Source: Nageia nagi (lineage: Eukaryota; Plantae; Pinophyta). Taken from it: a DNA stretch of 64,000 nucleotides. The notes under the pieces are model-generated. The model was not told the DNA's origin, did no database searches, and saw nothing but the letters and a program-made list of their open reading frames with translations. A program made the position numbers and the translations under genes. The stretch spans positions 15,624,001-15,688,000 of the forward strand of contig JBITNC010000001.1 in assembly GCA_050084985.1 (NCBI GenBank). Direction: 5' to 3'. Each line of letters opens with the position of its first letter. The first letter of the stretch is position 1. Below are positions 49,211 to 62,559 of the stretch, piece after piece.

Positions 49211-50762
49211 TGTAATGTTCCTTTTATTTTTATTGCTCAAGTGAATGCTCAAAACACAGAAATAAACTTGCAGCCAAGGAACAATGTCAAAACTTAGAAA
49301 AATATGCAAAATAATGGAGAGAATCAGCCAAGGAATTTTATTAAAAAAATGATGTCAAACCAATACAATAGCTGAAGTGCCACAAATGCAGATCCAAGCT
49401 CACAAAAATGCCACAAATTGGCTAGATCTGAAAATGATGCAACAAAATGAGGCTAGGCTCCCATGCAAGGCCTCCAACCCTCAAGATCTCTCCAAGAAAT
49501 CGCTACCTCCAACTCTAGATGTGCAAGCATCCCCAAGATTGAGGCCCACAACTCCTGAAGTCTCCCAAGCAATAGCTACCTTTAGCTCTAGGTGTACAAA
49601 CACCCCCAAGACTACGGCCCACAACCCTTGAGATCCAAATATGCATGAACACGTGCACACTTGGGTTGAGAAAGGAATCTCCTTCACTCAAAAATAATAA
49701 AATAGATGATCCACAAGCTTACTCAAATGGGATGCCCACTTCCCGTTTATAAGCTCATAGTCTAATTTGGAGTTGACATCTCCCAACCCTAAAATCACTT
49801 AAAGTGCCCTATTACAAAATAAAAATATAAAACATAAATAAACACAACTTAAGTTATGTCTCCTAGTCACATGAACTCCTTTTTCACTTTTATAATTAAG
49901 TGTAGGAGACATTTACAAAAAATATTTATTTTTGGTACATTACAGATGTACAAAATATTACTCAAAAGATGCTCAATTGTGGATCCAAACAAATCATCCA
50001 AGTGTTCCCTAAGGTTGGATGTCTTAATACAAGTGCAAGATCTCACTACAAATGGCCCAAAGGGCTAGATGTTTGGCTCATAGGACCAAATCTACAACTC
50101 CACAAGCTCATTATATACCAAGAAGGCTAACATCACACATCTAGGGCCTCAAACCCTTGGATCTTAGATGGTGGAATGGTAGCAACACTTCCTCAGACTT
50201 GGACACTCCACCAAAGGGCTCTTCCCATGCCTGGAACTGAAGAGAAGCGATGCCTCGGTATACCACTAGATGGGACTAAGGGTTTTCATCCTTAGACCTA
50301 GATCTAGCAAGGACCCTATTAAACCCTCCCTTGATGGGTTTTTGTCCAACAAAAGGAATAGAGACGACTCCATGCCAAACTCACAATTAGAAGATGTCAA
50401 ATATATCAAAAGATGTCTTCTCAATGTTGCGCTAGACAATTATATAGGTGACGCCTCACTTTGGATGCCTAGATCTCACGTAGGAGTCATCAAGAATTTG
50501 GCACCTTAATTCAAACACATGGATTAGCCTTGTAATCATGCCTTGGGATCTCAACTATCATATATAACATCATCTAATCATGCCTATCTATCCCTAGGAG
50601 GGAAACATCCCACATTGGGGCTCACAATTGGTCACTTAGACCCACAAGTCTCCTATCTTAGGTTACAAACATGCTTAAGAATACATTAAGTGACAATTAA
50701 ATACTCTTAACTATCAAATGACTCCTAAATTACATCAAGTCATGTTTAGATGGGAGGTGTCA
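49211..50762 (-). mobile_element. LTR related to family B (~1.55 kb)
   Basis: Starts TGTAATG on +; shares taccactagatggg and gggaaacatcccacattggggctcacaat blocks with family B. TSD unclear. Confidence 0.7.
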
Positions 50763-51197
50763 AGCCTCAAGTGGACCTCATGGGTCTTTGCAAGTAAGAA
50801 AAAGGAACGAGAATAAATTTGAAACATTACAATTCCGGACAATCAAATAAGTCAAAAGGTTCCCCTTCTATTTTGAAATCATTGAACTATTTTGAGGCAT
50901 ACTCTTTAATGGCTTCCTCCGAGTTTTCTGATTATAGATTACAAAATCCGTATGCACCAAAACCCTCTTTCCCCTCTACTTGGTTATCAAGACTTCATCC
51001 CTAGGAAATATTGAAACTCCTATAGAATATGAAGAGTAATCCACCAGATCAATCTCTTCCTCAACCATTCAAACCAAGTTTTTTCCTATCCTCTTGACTT
51101 TTAACTTCTGAAACGTTGCAACCAAATATCCAATCGTCTCTCCTGCACCACCCTTTTTATACTCCCAAAGATTTTCTCCAAACCTGCCTCATTAGCT

Positions 51198-51906
51198 AAG
51201 AGGGCTGTTGAAATTGACGGAGCTTGTTGGAAAGTAGATAAAAGCCTAGAGGAAACCAAAAAACAAAGAGAGAAGAAGCCTTTTCCAGCAAGAGAAGCCA
51301 AAAGCCCCCCACTCAACAGCAACTGGAACATAAGAAGATTAAAGATAGTCTCCCTGACCATATGCTGGCACTGGCATCAGAGAAATCTGGTCCGAAGCTT
51401 GAAGCAACTATGTTGCTTAGAAAGATTCTACAAATGGCTGGAAGTCCACTCGTTTATGAAATTTTATATGAGGGTTTTGTTAATTTCTTTGTGGATTTTC
51501 TCAGAATGGATGAATCCCATCAACTTCAGCTTGAGGCAGTCTGGGCTTTGACAATCCTTGCTTAGGAAGGATCACCGTATGCAATAAAAGTGATGGAGCA
51601 TGGAGAACCTTCTTAACATTTCCACGAAACAACAGGTTTTTGCGGCTTGGGAAGTTCATCTGTGCATTCGTTTAAATTTACAGACTTGGTGCTTTGTCAC
51701 AATGCTCTAAGGGCACTCTTGACCTAAGTAGAAAGTGATCAAAATTCCACCATGTCAAGGGGGAGAACCTCCCCGTGGGTGCTCTCTATTCTCTATAACT
51801 ATACTTACAAATGATTCAATGAAAGAATAAAAGCACTGACAGCTAGTGGAGTGTGCGCGATGCTTGTTGAGTTTCTTCCGCATTCTTCTCCGAGTGTTGT
51901 TTGGCG
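51198..51906 (+). pseudogene. Importin-alpha intron-less (processed) pseudogene fragment
   Basis: LEATMLLRKIL..SPLVYEILYEGFVNFFVDFLRMDESHQLQLEAVWALT, TDLVLCHNALRALL and ERIKALTASGVCAMLVEFLPHSSPSV parallel importin-alpha IBB/ARM segments; stops present. Confidence 0.82.
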
Positions 51907-52509
51907 ATTTAAAACATCACAAGACAGTACACGATTACAGAAGCGAATCCCAGCTTCTTGCCTAGCCCGACAGACTGTTGGTCTGCTTCAGCTCTTGGTT
52001 CTTACCCCTCGCCCTGTTTTTTCTGGCTCGGCTAAGCCCGTTCAGACCTGTCCAACCGGCCTGTTCAGCTTTTCTGTCCTCTCCGTCTCGATTGCTAGTC
52101 TGGAACCCTGGCTCCTTCCGACCATCTCTTACTATGGCTTTTTTTTTTTTTGAGAAAAGCCATCTCTTGCCCTGTTATTATTGATGTTGTTCAAATCATT
52201 TCTGGAATGGTTATCCAGCAGAATCCATGTCCTTTCAACTCCATATAGCACTGCGGTCTAGAATGTTTACCCTAGCTTGTCTGCATTATGGCTGTGGAGC
52301 TTTTCTTGACCCTGCAACAAGCTTTTCCAGAATGTTTAACCACTGCAAAACCTATTTAATGAGAGCAGATCTGACTTTCCACCCTATCACCACTGCACTG
52401 GAGCTTCTGTTTTATGCTGCAACCTTCATATTTTTGTAATGTTCAGACCTCAACTCCTGGACTCCATGTCTCTTTGCCTGTAAATGCTACAAAAGTTTTC
52501 CTCACGACA

Positions 52510-52770
52510 CACACAGCTTCAGCTTTGATCCAATACCAAAATTTTCTCATGAAGCACACACTTTCAGCTCCATTCCAACGCAAACACAAAGCTTGAGCTC
52601 TGCTCCAATATGAATACAAAGCTTCAGCTCTGCTCCAATGTGAACACACAGCTTCAGCTTCATTCCTGGTTTCAATGCCTGTGCATCTAATATTTTCTCT
52701 AGGTTTTCTGAATGCCAGCGCAGACTTTTAAATTCTGCTCCAATGCCAACACACAGCTTCAGTTCTACTA
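52510..52770. repeat. 30-bp degenerate tandem repeats
   Basis: acacagcttcagctctgctccaat units. Confidence 0.8.
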
Positions 52771-53047
52771 CTTTTCCATGATGCAAACTGTTACAGTTAC
52801 TTTGAAGGCGAAAGCCCTTGTCTCCATTCCCATTGTAACAGTACTCTGGATTCAAATCTGCAAACCAATATGTTATTTGAATCAGTTATCATATCCTAGC
52901 TGGATGAGAAATCTGTTGACATTTTTATACTTATTTTTTCAATAGCTGGTTGGGCATTTCTATTAACAAACTGATCTACCTGTTATTTGTACTGGTTGCT
53001 GAAAATACTCTCCTTTTTCCGCATCTTGACCAAGCTCTCCTCTGCAG

Positions 53048-53263
53048 GGTGTTGCTATGCCTGCTATGAATAATATACTTTCCAAGTGGATCCCTGTAAG
53101 TGAAAGGAGCAGATCACTAGCACTGGTATATAGTGGAATGTATCTTGGTTCAGTAACAGGCTTGGCCTTTTCTCCAATACTAATCCAGAGATATAGTTGG
53201 AGTTCAGTCTTCTATTCATTTGGCTTCATTGGAACCATATGGTTTGCCTTGTGGCAGCGGATT
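53048..53263 (+). CDS. PHT4;4: PHT4;4 exon 5 (GVAMPAMNNILSKWIPVSERSRSLALVYSGMYLG...WQRI)
   Basis: tctgcag|GGT...ATT|gtaagt; 216 nt. Confidence 0.97.
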
Positions 53264-53766
53264 GTAAGTCTATTAAAAGCATGCATTTATTTACTTGATT
53301 ATTTTTTTATTTCGGAAAAGATAGTTGCTGGTGATGCTTCTTGTTTGATTCGGGAGATAAAGTGTTCTTTGTTATATAAGATTGGACATACAAATTTGCA
53401 TTTCTAATAATTTTTTGATAGAATTATTTCCAATATAGGATTTTTTTAAATGACATCATTTACCATCTTTTTTAGATAAGAAGATGACCGACTAGAACTA
53501 TATTATACAATATGCCAGTGTTAGCAGTTTTTAATAAAAAAAATAGAAAATCTTTGATTCAACTGTTACGAGTATCGCCTGATCTGTACTAAATGGATTA
53601 TATCCTATTACTGATTCTGTCCATTACTTGTGAGAGGTGCCTCTTTTTGAGAGTGTTTGTATGGTGGTACATGGTTCTTAATGTTTATGTTGAATGCTTG
53701 AGGGTTGTTTTAGTGAACACAACTGGTTTCTAGATTTAGTCTTTAGACGGTTATTGTGCTTGGAAA

Positions 53767-54036
53767 CAAGGTTATTCCTAAGGATCGGCCCAAGAAAAAG
53801 CCTATAGGAAAATCTGTTTCAAAATTTGGGGGAAAATATAGCCTTCAAAGTATTATGTATAAGTAGATACATACCATATGTTGATTTTTTGGTGATTGGA
53901 TACATAAAATTAATACCTGGCTATATTTTTAGGGCGAATGGCCTCCTTTCTGGGGGTTCAAATATAAGCCAATTTGAAAATCTTAAAATCCTAATTTTCA
54001 CTTGTAAGAGCTGATTAGCCGCTAGGAAAAACACTG
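53767..54036. mobile_element. hAT-type MITE (270 bp)
   Basis: 8-bp TSD CTTGGAAA (53759-53766, 54037-54044); imperfect TIRs caaggttattccta / taggaaaaacactg. Confidence 0.75.
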
Positions 54037-54729
54037 CTTGGAAACAAGATTTTGCATTCAATAAATATACTTCAGGTAGTCATAATTATCATTTCTGGGG
54101 CAGTTGTTTACTAGATTTTAAAAGCTTTCTGTAGCATCTACTCTGTGGAATTGTATATTTACTCGAAAACTCTTAATGGCTGTCGTATGCGAGGGTGGGC
54201 CCATTTTGGTCTTGGGTGGTTGTATGATGGTTGGGTGTTTTTTTCCAGTCAAGATATCCATACTAATGTTTAGGCTATTTTTAACTACTAGTGTTGACTC
54301 TTGAGGTATGCAGAGGCAATCTCAGAAATGTTTTACAATTACAAGTTTTTGAAGTTTCTAATCATTTTAGGTTTGTTTATGTATTGTTTTGATCATCGTA
54401 GAAACTCAACTCAGGAAACTGATGGTAGAGAAGACTTACATTAGCAGTGCTGTAAACGTATGTGCCAAAATCTTGATTAACCTCTTGTATTTTTGAATTT
54501 AAACACGATAGCTAAATTGTAGTGCAGATTAGTTGGTTGGTTGGATGGACGATGAGTTATGATTTCCAGAAATGGGCACCAATGGAGAATAGGGTCAATA
54601 ATGAAGGGAAGGGGATATGGCCCCCAGAAGTTGACCCATCAAAATTGTTGAAGTTGCTGTTGTACATACTACATGCTATAAACTCATCACCAATAGTTGA
54701 AGCATGGCACCAATTTTTAGTAACATTTG

Positions 54730-55222
54730 TAGATGAACTGTATCATCTCCTAATAGCATATCTTGATTTTTCATTGTACATAATTGTTTAAAGATAGTTT
54801 TGGCCCTTGGGTTTGAAGAAACAATCTAGGACAACTTCACATCTCTTAGCAAATATCTATTTAATGTAGTTCTTAAATGAAAAAAGAACGATTCAAATAA
54901 ATATTGTTCTTTCTATATGTTGAATGAGTCTATTATAATTCGGTCTCTAGTCTTTTATTTTTATTAATTATTATAACACATTAGATGAATTGTATCATCT
55001 CCTAATAGCATAACTTCATTTTTCACTGTACATAATTGTACAAAGATAGTTTTTGATTGGAAGAAACAATCTAACACAACCTCACATTTCTTAACAAATA
55101 TTTAATGTAGTTTCCAAATGAAAAAAGAATGATTCAAATAAATATTGTTCTCTCTACATGTTGAATAGGTCCGTATTATAATTCAGTCTCTTGTCTTTTA
55201 TGTTTATTATATAACATTAGAT
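54730..55222. repeat. ~250-bp tandem duplication
   Basis: tagatgaa.tgtatcatctcctaatagcata at 54730 and 54982. Confidence 0.92.
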
Positions 55223-55955
55223 TCAATATGTTTTTTCCTATGTGGGTTGTTTCTACAGTTGAAATCAGTGGTATCAAAATGGTTCATTCTATGTTTGCAT
55301 GTCTTGAACGAGGCCTAGCTACCAAAAAGTACAATCTTGAAATATTTCCCTCCTTAGATTACCTTGTCATTTTAAAAGATCTCAGATGGTATATGGCACG
55401 AGAACTCAAAATAATTTTTGAGAAATGCTTAGTGAAGCACTTGACAAGTGGAAGAAGCAAATGTTAACTCTCAATGGTGACTGTACTTACCCATGAGGTT
55501 TGTTTCTTTGGAGGGACAACAGCCTTCAACATACAAAGAGGCACACTACAATGGCGACATGTTTGTGTACCATTAAGCATGTGCACAAAGATGATATAGG
55601 AGGTACACCACAGTCAAGTAGCAGAGCATTTATATAGGGATTTTTGATGCAGTATTTGCTTGAGGATTTTTATTTTTGATACAGGATTACGACAATTTTT
55701 TTTCTAAAAATAGAAAATGCTGTAGGTGAGTTGATTGACAGTGGTTTACTCTCTATGTAGTGTTTCTTTAAATACAGTTAGGTAATGACTAACATGTGTA
55801 ATGTGTATATCGTATTATTCTCCCATTTCCATTTTTGGTGCTTCAGAAAGGTTTTTGTATATATGAAAAGTAAAAGTTTGACTTACTAGTTACATAGACT
55901 TGATGTTTGCATTGTAAACAATATTCTGGTACCTGTCTTAAACTTTCTTCTTCAG

Positions 55956-56165
55956 GCATACAGCTCACCTGTTGAAGATCCAAGGCTTCGTTCAGAAGAG
56001 AAAGATCTGATTCTAGGGAAGAATCAACCAAAAGAACCTGTGAAATCTATTCCATGGAAATTGCTTCTGTCAAAGGCACCAGTTTGGGCACTAATAATTT
56101 GTCACTTTTGCCATAATTGGGGGACATTCATTCTTCTAACATGGATGCCAACATACTATAATCAG
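55956..56165 (+). CDS. PHT4;4: PHT4;4 exon 6 (AYSSPVEDP...HFCHNWGTFILLTWMPTYYNQ); gene continues beyond window
   Basis: ttcttcag|GCA...CAG|gtgct; 210 nt. Confidence 0.97.
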
Positions 56166-57460
56166 GTGCTTGATTGTTTCTGTTATTTAAGTATTTGAAT
56201 GAATTGTTTACAAATTCACCATATGTCATGCTTGTGTAGACAAAAATGACCATATAAATGTCATTGTATCCTTTGGCAGCATAGAAATGGTTGTAAATCG
56301 TAATGGATACAGCTGTTGCTAATTCAATCCCTGTTGTTAAAGCATACATATGTTATTACATTGAATCTACAATATATAGAAGTTGGTTTTTGTGTATTGA
56401 AAAGATATAAATAAACTAAGAGTTCACTGTAAAATACATTGTTTGGAATAACATAGGGACCATATAGACATATAACATGCAATTTTACTGCAGTATTAGC
56501 AATCAAACTATAGGAATGAATCAGATATGCTTCCTTTTCTTGCATTTCTGGGTAGTGGAAGTGTTACCACTGGTCTGATATTATTTTATTCACATGATGT
56601 AGGACAGTTTGTTGTCTAAAAGGAAAGGAGAAGAAGCTAGCAACTTCTCTTTGATGGAAATTTAGAATATCCAATATCAATAAATAACCATTCCTAACTA
56701 GAGGCGTCATTTCCTTGTGGTGGAAGATTTCTAGTTCCACTTGCACAAGTAGTCACAATTTAGCAAAACACTCAGAGCATAGATTTTGAATGCCAACTTC
56801 TAACACCTTAAATGTATGAGAAACATAAAAAAGTTTACAGGGTCAACATACGTGAATGGCTTATCACTAAGTATATGTCATATGCTGAAATCTATAATCT
56901 GTATGGTAAGATTTAAACTTTGTAAGAATATTATAGCCCATGAAGACACTAATGTTCAAATGCTTAAAAGAACATGGTCTTTGCCGACCGATTTTTAAAT
57001 GATAAGACTGATGTCTTTGATGTGATTGCACTCAGTTGTCTGAATTACTTTGGGAAGAATGATTATACCATTATCACTCCTAAGTCATCGTCAAATCGGC
57101 AATCAACTAGCCATGCAAAGTGACAAAACATCTCTTTCCATGTTGTAATTTCCAATGTGAAAAAGGAAAAGATTGCAAAAAGTGAGATTCATAGGACACA
57201 TCAAAATTAGGATGAGTTAAAATGGAACTTGGCCTTCTTTTGGATCTTGCTGTAAACAACTACATTTTCCTAGAAGTAGAAAGACTGGCTCCAAATTGCT
57301 GGTGGATAATTTATTGTGGATTGAATATGTGGGCAAATTGATGATTAACTTGCTATGCTTCCTTGTATAACTACGTCCACATGCAAGATGCAAAAGAAAA
57401 ATGTAATCAAGAAACTTAGTAGTAGAGTATACGATCATGCTATTGCCCATAGAAAGATTG

Positions 57461-58328
57461 TGTTGGGAAGGAAATCTTTCCTTTAACTAAGATTGTCAAA
57501 AAAACGATAAATGCGAAAGCAACCCAGCATTCAGGTGAGATAGTGTTACCTATCCCCTCTTGTAAGGATTGATACTCCAAGGTTTCTATATTCAAAGTTG
57601 CAAAAATGCAAGTTCAATTTTAATAGCTTAGTAACTCTTGTTTAGGAATCAACTCAATGTTGTAATAGAGGTAAAGGAAGTTAACTCACATTTTTATAGC
57701 GTATTGAGGTGCTTTTATGCAAAGACTGAAAGTTGTTTTGATCTTCTAAAGAAAGTTAAAAAGAAAGCAAGAAAAGAAAAAGTAAACAAATAAATGAGAG
57801 TGTTTCAACACAATGCTGGTTAGGTTTCAAAGTGACTACCATAATGAAGCATTGTCTAAACTTCTTTCTTTTTGTATCAATTAAGAGAGTTTCATTCAAT
57901 TCATCAAGATTGAAATAAATGACTATTATCCAAGTTATTTCAAACAAGAGTGAAGAGAGAAGCTAACTGTCGGTACTCCTTTTATAAGACCGATTGGTAA
58001 TCAAAAGAACTTAGCGAAGAATGCATGAACTGAATTGTTTCGAGTGAAACTTCTTATTAGATGGCATAGAAAGTAAGCAAATTCAAAATACATTCATTTA
58101 GCATGCAAGCCATGGAAAAAGCAACTATCTTAAGATGATTCAAACATTTTGAAATATTTTCAACAAAAATTTCCTAAAACTTGAGTTTTCAAGGAAAAGG
58201 TGCAAAAATATTCAAACCACAAAAGAAAGCTCAAAAGGTTCAATTCAACAACTTCATAGATGATAGATCAACTTTTGCTCAATATGTCACCACTTTGCAT
58301 TAGCTTGTAAAAAGAGTTGTTACAAACA
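57461..58328 (-). mobile_element. 3' (R-U5-like) part of the 44572-48540 family
   Basis: tgttgggaaggaaa is the reverse complement of the 48540 end; 58100-58320 matches 47720-47950. Confidence 0.8.
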
Positions 58329-58329
58329 A

Positions 58330-60857
58330 GGGTGAAAGGAAGCCTCCAAGGAGCCATCTCATACCTCAAAAAGTCATGAAGGTGTCTTTTTTTGGCATGC
58401 ACCAAGAGGGGAAAGCTATTTGGGACAAGTTCGAGGTCGAAGAAGTCAAGTGTTAATCACCAGGAAGTTGGCGCATGAGAAAAAAAGATAGGTTTGTGTC
58501 TTATTTTGGCATACGCTAGACCAAAAGGAGCATCAAGATGGATTTTGAGTGGTGAAGGAGCAAATTGGGCCCCTCATGGACCTAGCACATGACTCAAAAA
58601 GGCAAAGATTGTTTCTTTTTATGACATGCGCCAGCCAGCTAGAGGAGCACAACTTGAGGTCATGGCAAAATTTGGTGAAGTGAAGCACCTAGAAAGTTTG
58701 CGTTGGGGTTTTTGAGTTAGGAAGAAGACATCTTGAAGGTGGAGTTTTGGCTAAGGCACATAAAGAGAAATCAAAATTTATCCAAATTCACCCTGGCAAC
58801 CCAACGCATGCCTCAAAAAGTCATGTTTGTGACTTTTTGAACGATGCACCAAGTTGGTACACGCTTAGGAAGCTGGTGCATGAGCCCAAAAGACAAAGGG
58901 GTGACTTTTTCTGGCATATGCTAGGTCCAGAAGGAGATCCAGATGGGCTCAAAGGAAACAATTGGCCAAGTCATGAGAACTAGCCAAAAGAAGGCTACCG
59001 CATGCCTTCAAAAGATGGGAGGATGACTTTTTTTGGCATGCTCGCCAAGCATAGGAGTGGGTCTTGATGGCTTCGATGGTGAAAAATGACTAAGTCTTGA
59101 GCTCGAAGTACCAAAATCAAGCAAAATAAGGATAAGCAAGCGTGATGCATCGGAAAAAAAGATAGGATTGTGAATTTTTTTGCCATGCGCTGAAACTGGG
59201 AGGACAAACAAACCTATCACACCAGAAGTGACTTTTCCAACTTGCACTCAAACTAGGAGGACAAGTAAGTTTGTCACACTGGAAAAAAAGATAGGATTGT
59301 GACTTTTCTAGCATGCTCCAAGTTTAGCAAGACAAATCAAGTCTGTTGCATCGAAAAAAGACAAGATTGTGACTTTTTCAAGCATGCGCCAAGCTTGGAG
59401 AGGCTTCAAGAAGCATTTGAGGTGAAATCTAGAGGAGCTTGGGCCTAGGAGAAGGTGAAGTCACGGAGATCTTGAGTGAAAGAGGCATGCGCCCAAGATG
59501 ATCAGATTTTGAAGATAGGGACCTAGGTTGTCCCAATGATGCATGTAGGCTACTAGATTGCTCTTGCAGATTCCAAAAGTGATGAGGTCAAGTCAAGTGT
59601 TGCAAAAGTGAGAGGGATGGATGAATCCTAAGTCGCAGAGAAGCATAGAGGCGTGGTATTGTAGTTGCAACAATTTTATCTGATTTTATTTATTGCAATT
59701 TTATTTTGAATTTGGATTTCAAATACTTATTAAATTTGGTTCAACCTTGTGACAGATGAGGATTTACTCCCACAAGTGCTGGAATAAATCTTGTAATGCC
59801 ATGTGGCAGATTTTCATTAGACCTCTTTTAATTTTCTTGTAATTTGTATTAGGGTTAGGGTAACACTTAGGGTTGCCACGAAAAACTATTTTTACCTCTT
59901 AGATGCTCATTTTGGGGGGGATGGAATTTGTTGATTATGGACATGAATATTTGCTAATAGATGAGTAGAATAATTCTTTCAATCAAGTACTTGTCTATGG
60001 TGAATGTGGCATGATCTTTTAAGTTAAATTGCACAACTCCATTTCTTTGTTACTATTAGCTTTGGAATGTAATGCTATCATTGGTGTGTGTTACTTAGAT
60101 GCTTGGAATATTTTGCAAACCTCTTGATAGGTGGCTAAAAGAGTGGTTGATTATTCGTTCGAAGTGTTGAATGTAATGCATAGTTAATGATTGCTCATGG
60201 TATGCAACTAAACTTATATAATTTTGAAGTGTGTTGCCCTATGATGTTTAGTATGAGAACTTCATCCACTTGTTGAAGATGCCATTCGTGTCACAAGCAA
60301 CACCATCATTCCCCTTAGATGCCTGCTCCCTTCTCTAGACCATTCATGTTGTTGGCTAGTGTGAGAGGATATATCCTTCTTCTAGACCATTTGTGTTGTT
60401 GGCTAATATGAGAGGATAGGTGGATGTGTAGAACTTATAACAAACCCAGAGGAACTTGGCATTCAGACATTGTACTTGTTTATGGGGCTTGATACAAGAG
60501 GGCTGAACTCATATTCCTCAAGCCATATCCAATCTTCCTTCCTATTTTTCTTTTATTTTACACTTTTTCCATGGCTTTTGTACCCCCTTTTATTTGTTTT
60601 GTTTGAGAAACAACCCTTGTCTAGATACCGAGACAATCTGAGTCCTTGATTAACAAATTTTATTTGAGTTGGTGGTAGCTTCAAACATCCTAGCTAGTCT
60701 CCGAGTCCTATTCTTACACATCCATCCAAGATACCTTTGAAGTAACTAGTCCTCATAGCGGGAAGTGGTAATGCCCTTTCACCTAGGTGTTGGTTTCTTT
60801 GTGAGCCTTGCGAATCATTTGCTTATCAAAAAAGTAGGAAAGAAAAACTACCCAACA
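58330..60857 (+). mobile_element. 5'-truncated giant LTR-like unit of another family, with GCATG..CATGC repeat array
   Basis: Ends ggaaagaaaaactaccCAACA; degenerate repeats at 58350-59400. Confidence 0.7.
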
Positions 60858-61009
60858 TCTCCAAGTTGAACTCCTCAGGTAGACCATTTTAACCCTCCCC
60901 CTCTTCCTATTACACTCTTCAAGACAATTATTTTCTTTGGTTTCCCTAACCCTTTGAACTCTAATATCATCTATCCCATCATCAAATCTAGTAATCCGAA
61001 TGAGTCGAG

Positions 61010-62550
61010 GAAGTATCGCATTATTATGGGAGATATCCATGTATGGGTCACCATTTGCATGTATGGCAAAGGATGATGAAGCTAGGGAAATAGAAAATAG
61101 TAATGACGATATCTTGACATTGGGATGGACCTCTTTTTATTTGGATCCATAGGTATTTGGAGTGGGTATCAGTTGATAGTAATGAAATACAAGGTCAAAG
61201 GTGATCTTGAATGAGACAAGCTACATCCCCAAGTCCATTGATCCTTCCTAATTGTTGATTCTCTTGCTGAAATAAGAAAGCCAGTAGTAGGCTATAATTG
61301 TGGGGAGTTACCATTCAGGGTTCTCATGAGTTTGAATAAGAAAGACAAGGCCTTGTGATGAGATCACATCTTGAAATGTGCCTGGAGAAGACCACATTTC
61401 ACCATTACAATTCCAACAAGCAATACTAACCTTGTCTTTATTTATTGAAACTCAAGGACACCTTCATTTGGACAGCCAAGGGCATGCCCAAAGGGGAAGA
61501 ATCATGTGTCATTGCTCAACCATTTTGTATCATTGGCCATTTATTTTCTTTCCTTGTAGCCAAGATTGAAGCATAGTCTTTGTGAAGCTCATCCATTTGA
61601 AGCCTCGTTAGATCTTCATTTAAATAAATTTTCTCTAGAAGGGAAAGTACTTTCTTTTTGGCTTTCAAAGCTTGTAGAGGCTCCTTTAAAGATTGAAAAT
61701 TAAAGTGTCATCAGGAGTGGTCCAAGCTTTCTCCAAAGATAAACTTTTTAGATCCAAAACATTATGCAAAAAGTGTGACCTGCCTGTAGTGGAGTGGTGG
61801 TTCTAGGGAGGCCACGAAGTCAAAGATTGAGTTCCTTGGCATGGCATATTTTCTCCTCTTTTTACCTATGAGTTATGCTTTTCAACTTCTTGTTGAACAG
61901 ACTGCTGTTGAGCTGTTGTTTCTTGTTTATGCTGTTGCTATTATCCAATTGTCTCTGATTGTTTCTCTTGGATGTTAAATACGACATTGTGGAGTTGTTG
62001 TAGTTGTTGGTTTGATGTGTTAGCTGCTGCAGGTTTTAGGGATTGTTCAAGATTCTCAATCCAATCTTTCAATTCTGTTAGAGAGGACAGTTCTTCCTGA
62101 AGTGCTGAACATCAAGAGAGAGAAGATGAGGGAATCCTTGAATCCAAATTCTTGATATGCAAAATCTGGTTTGTCAACTGAATCTGAAGCAACAAAATGA
62201 GGGTCTGCTGAGTGGAGTTGGCGGTGAGGAGTGAGGCGACATGTTGTAGGAGAAGCTGATTCGATTTTTCAAGTTTCATAAGATGCCTACTATGTGAAAC
62301 GTATCGAATTTGGAGTTTGGCTGACCTCCTTGCATTGGCACAGTGGCAAGTTCTGGATCAATCTACCAGGCGGGTAATCCATTTCTTTGATCCTGCAGTT
62401 CTTTTGGGTTTGTAAGCAAGGGAACAATGTAGGAAGTGATACTGTTATGGAAGTGGAGATAACCACTGTAATAGATCGATGGAGAGGTGCAGTCCTCTGA
62501 ATTTCTAGACTGGAGTTTGTGTGTTGGAAGGTGGGTGTCTAGGATGATGG
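61010..62550 (-). mobile_element. LINE remnant (5' region and AP-endonuclease start)
   Basis: The - strand around 61430-61050 reads SIACWNCNG..FQDVI...LVFLIQTHE..LP.I..Y.W...GDVACLI, an APE N-terminal pattern. Confidence 0.65.
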
Positions 62551-62559
62551 AAAATCCAA

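Noticed and set aside
48462-49244. Overlapping ORFs of 70-177 aa
   Set aside because: Artefact of a 39-bp (multiple of 3) tandem repeat; no protein motif.
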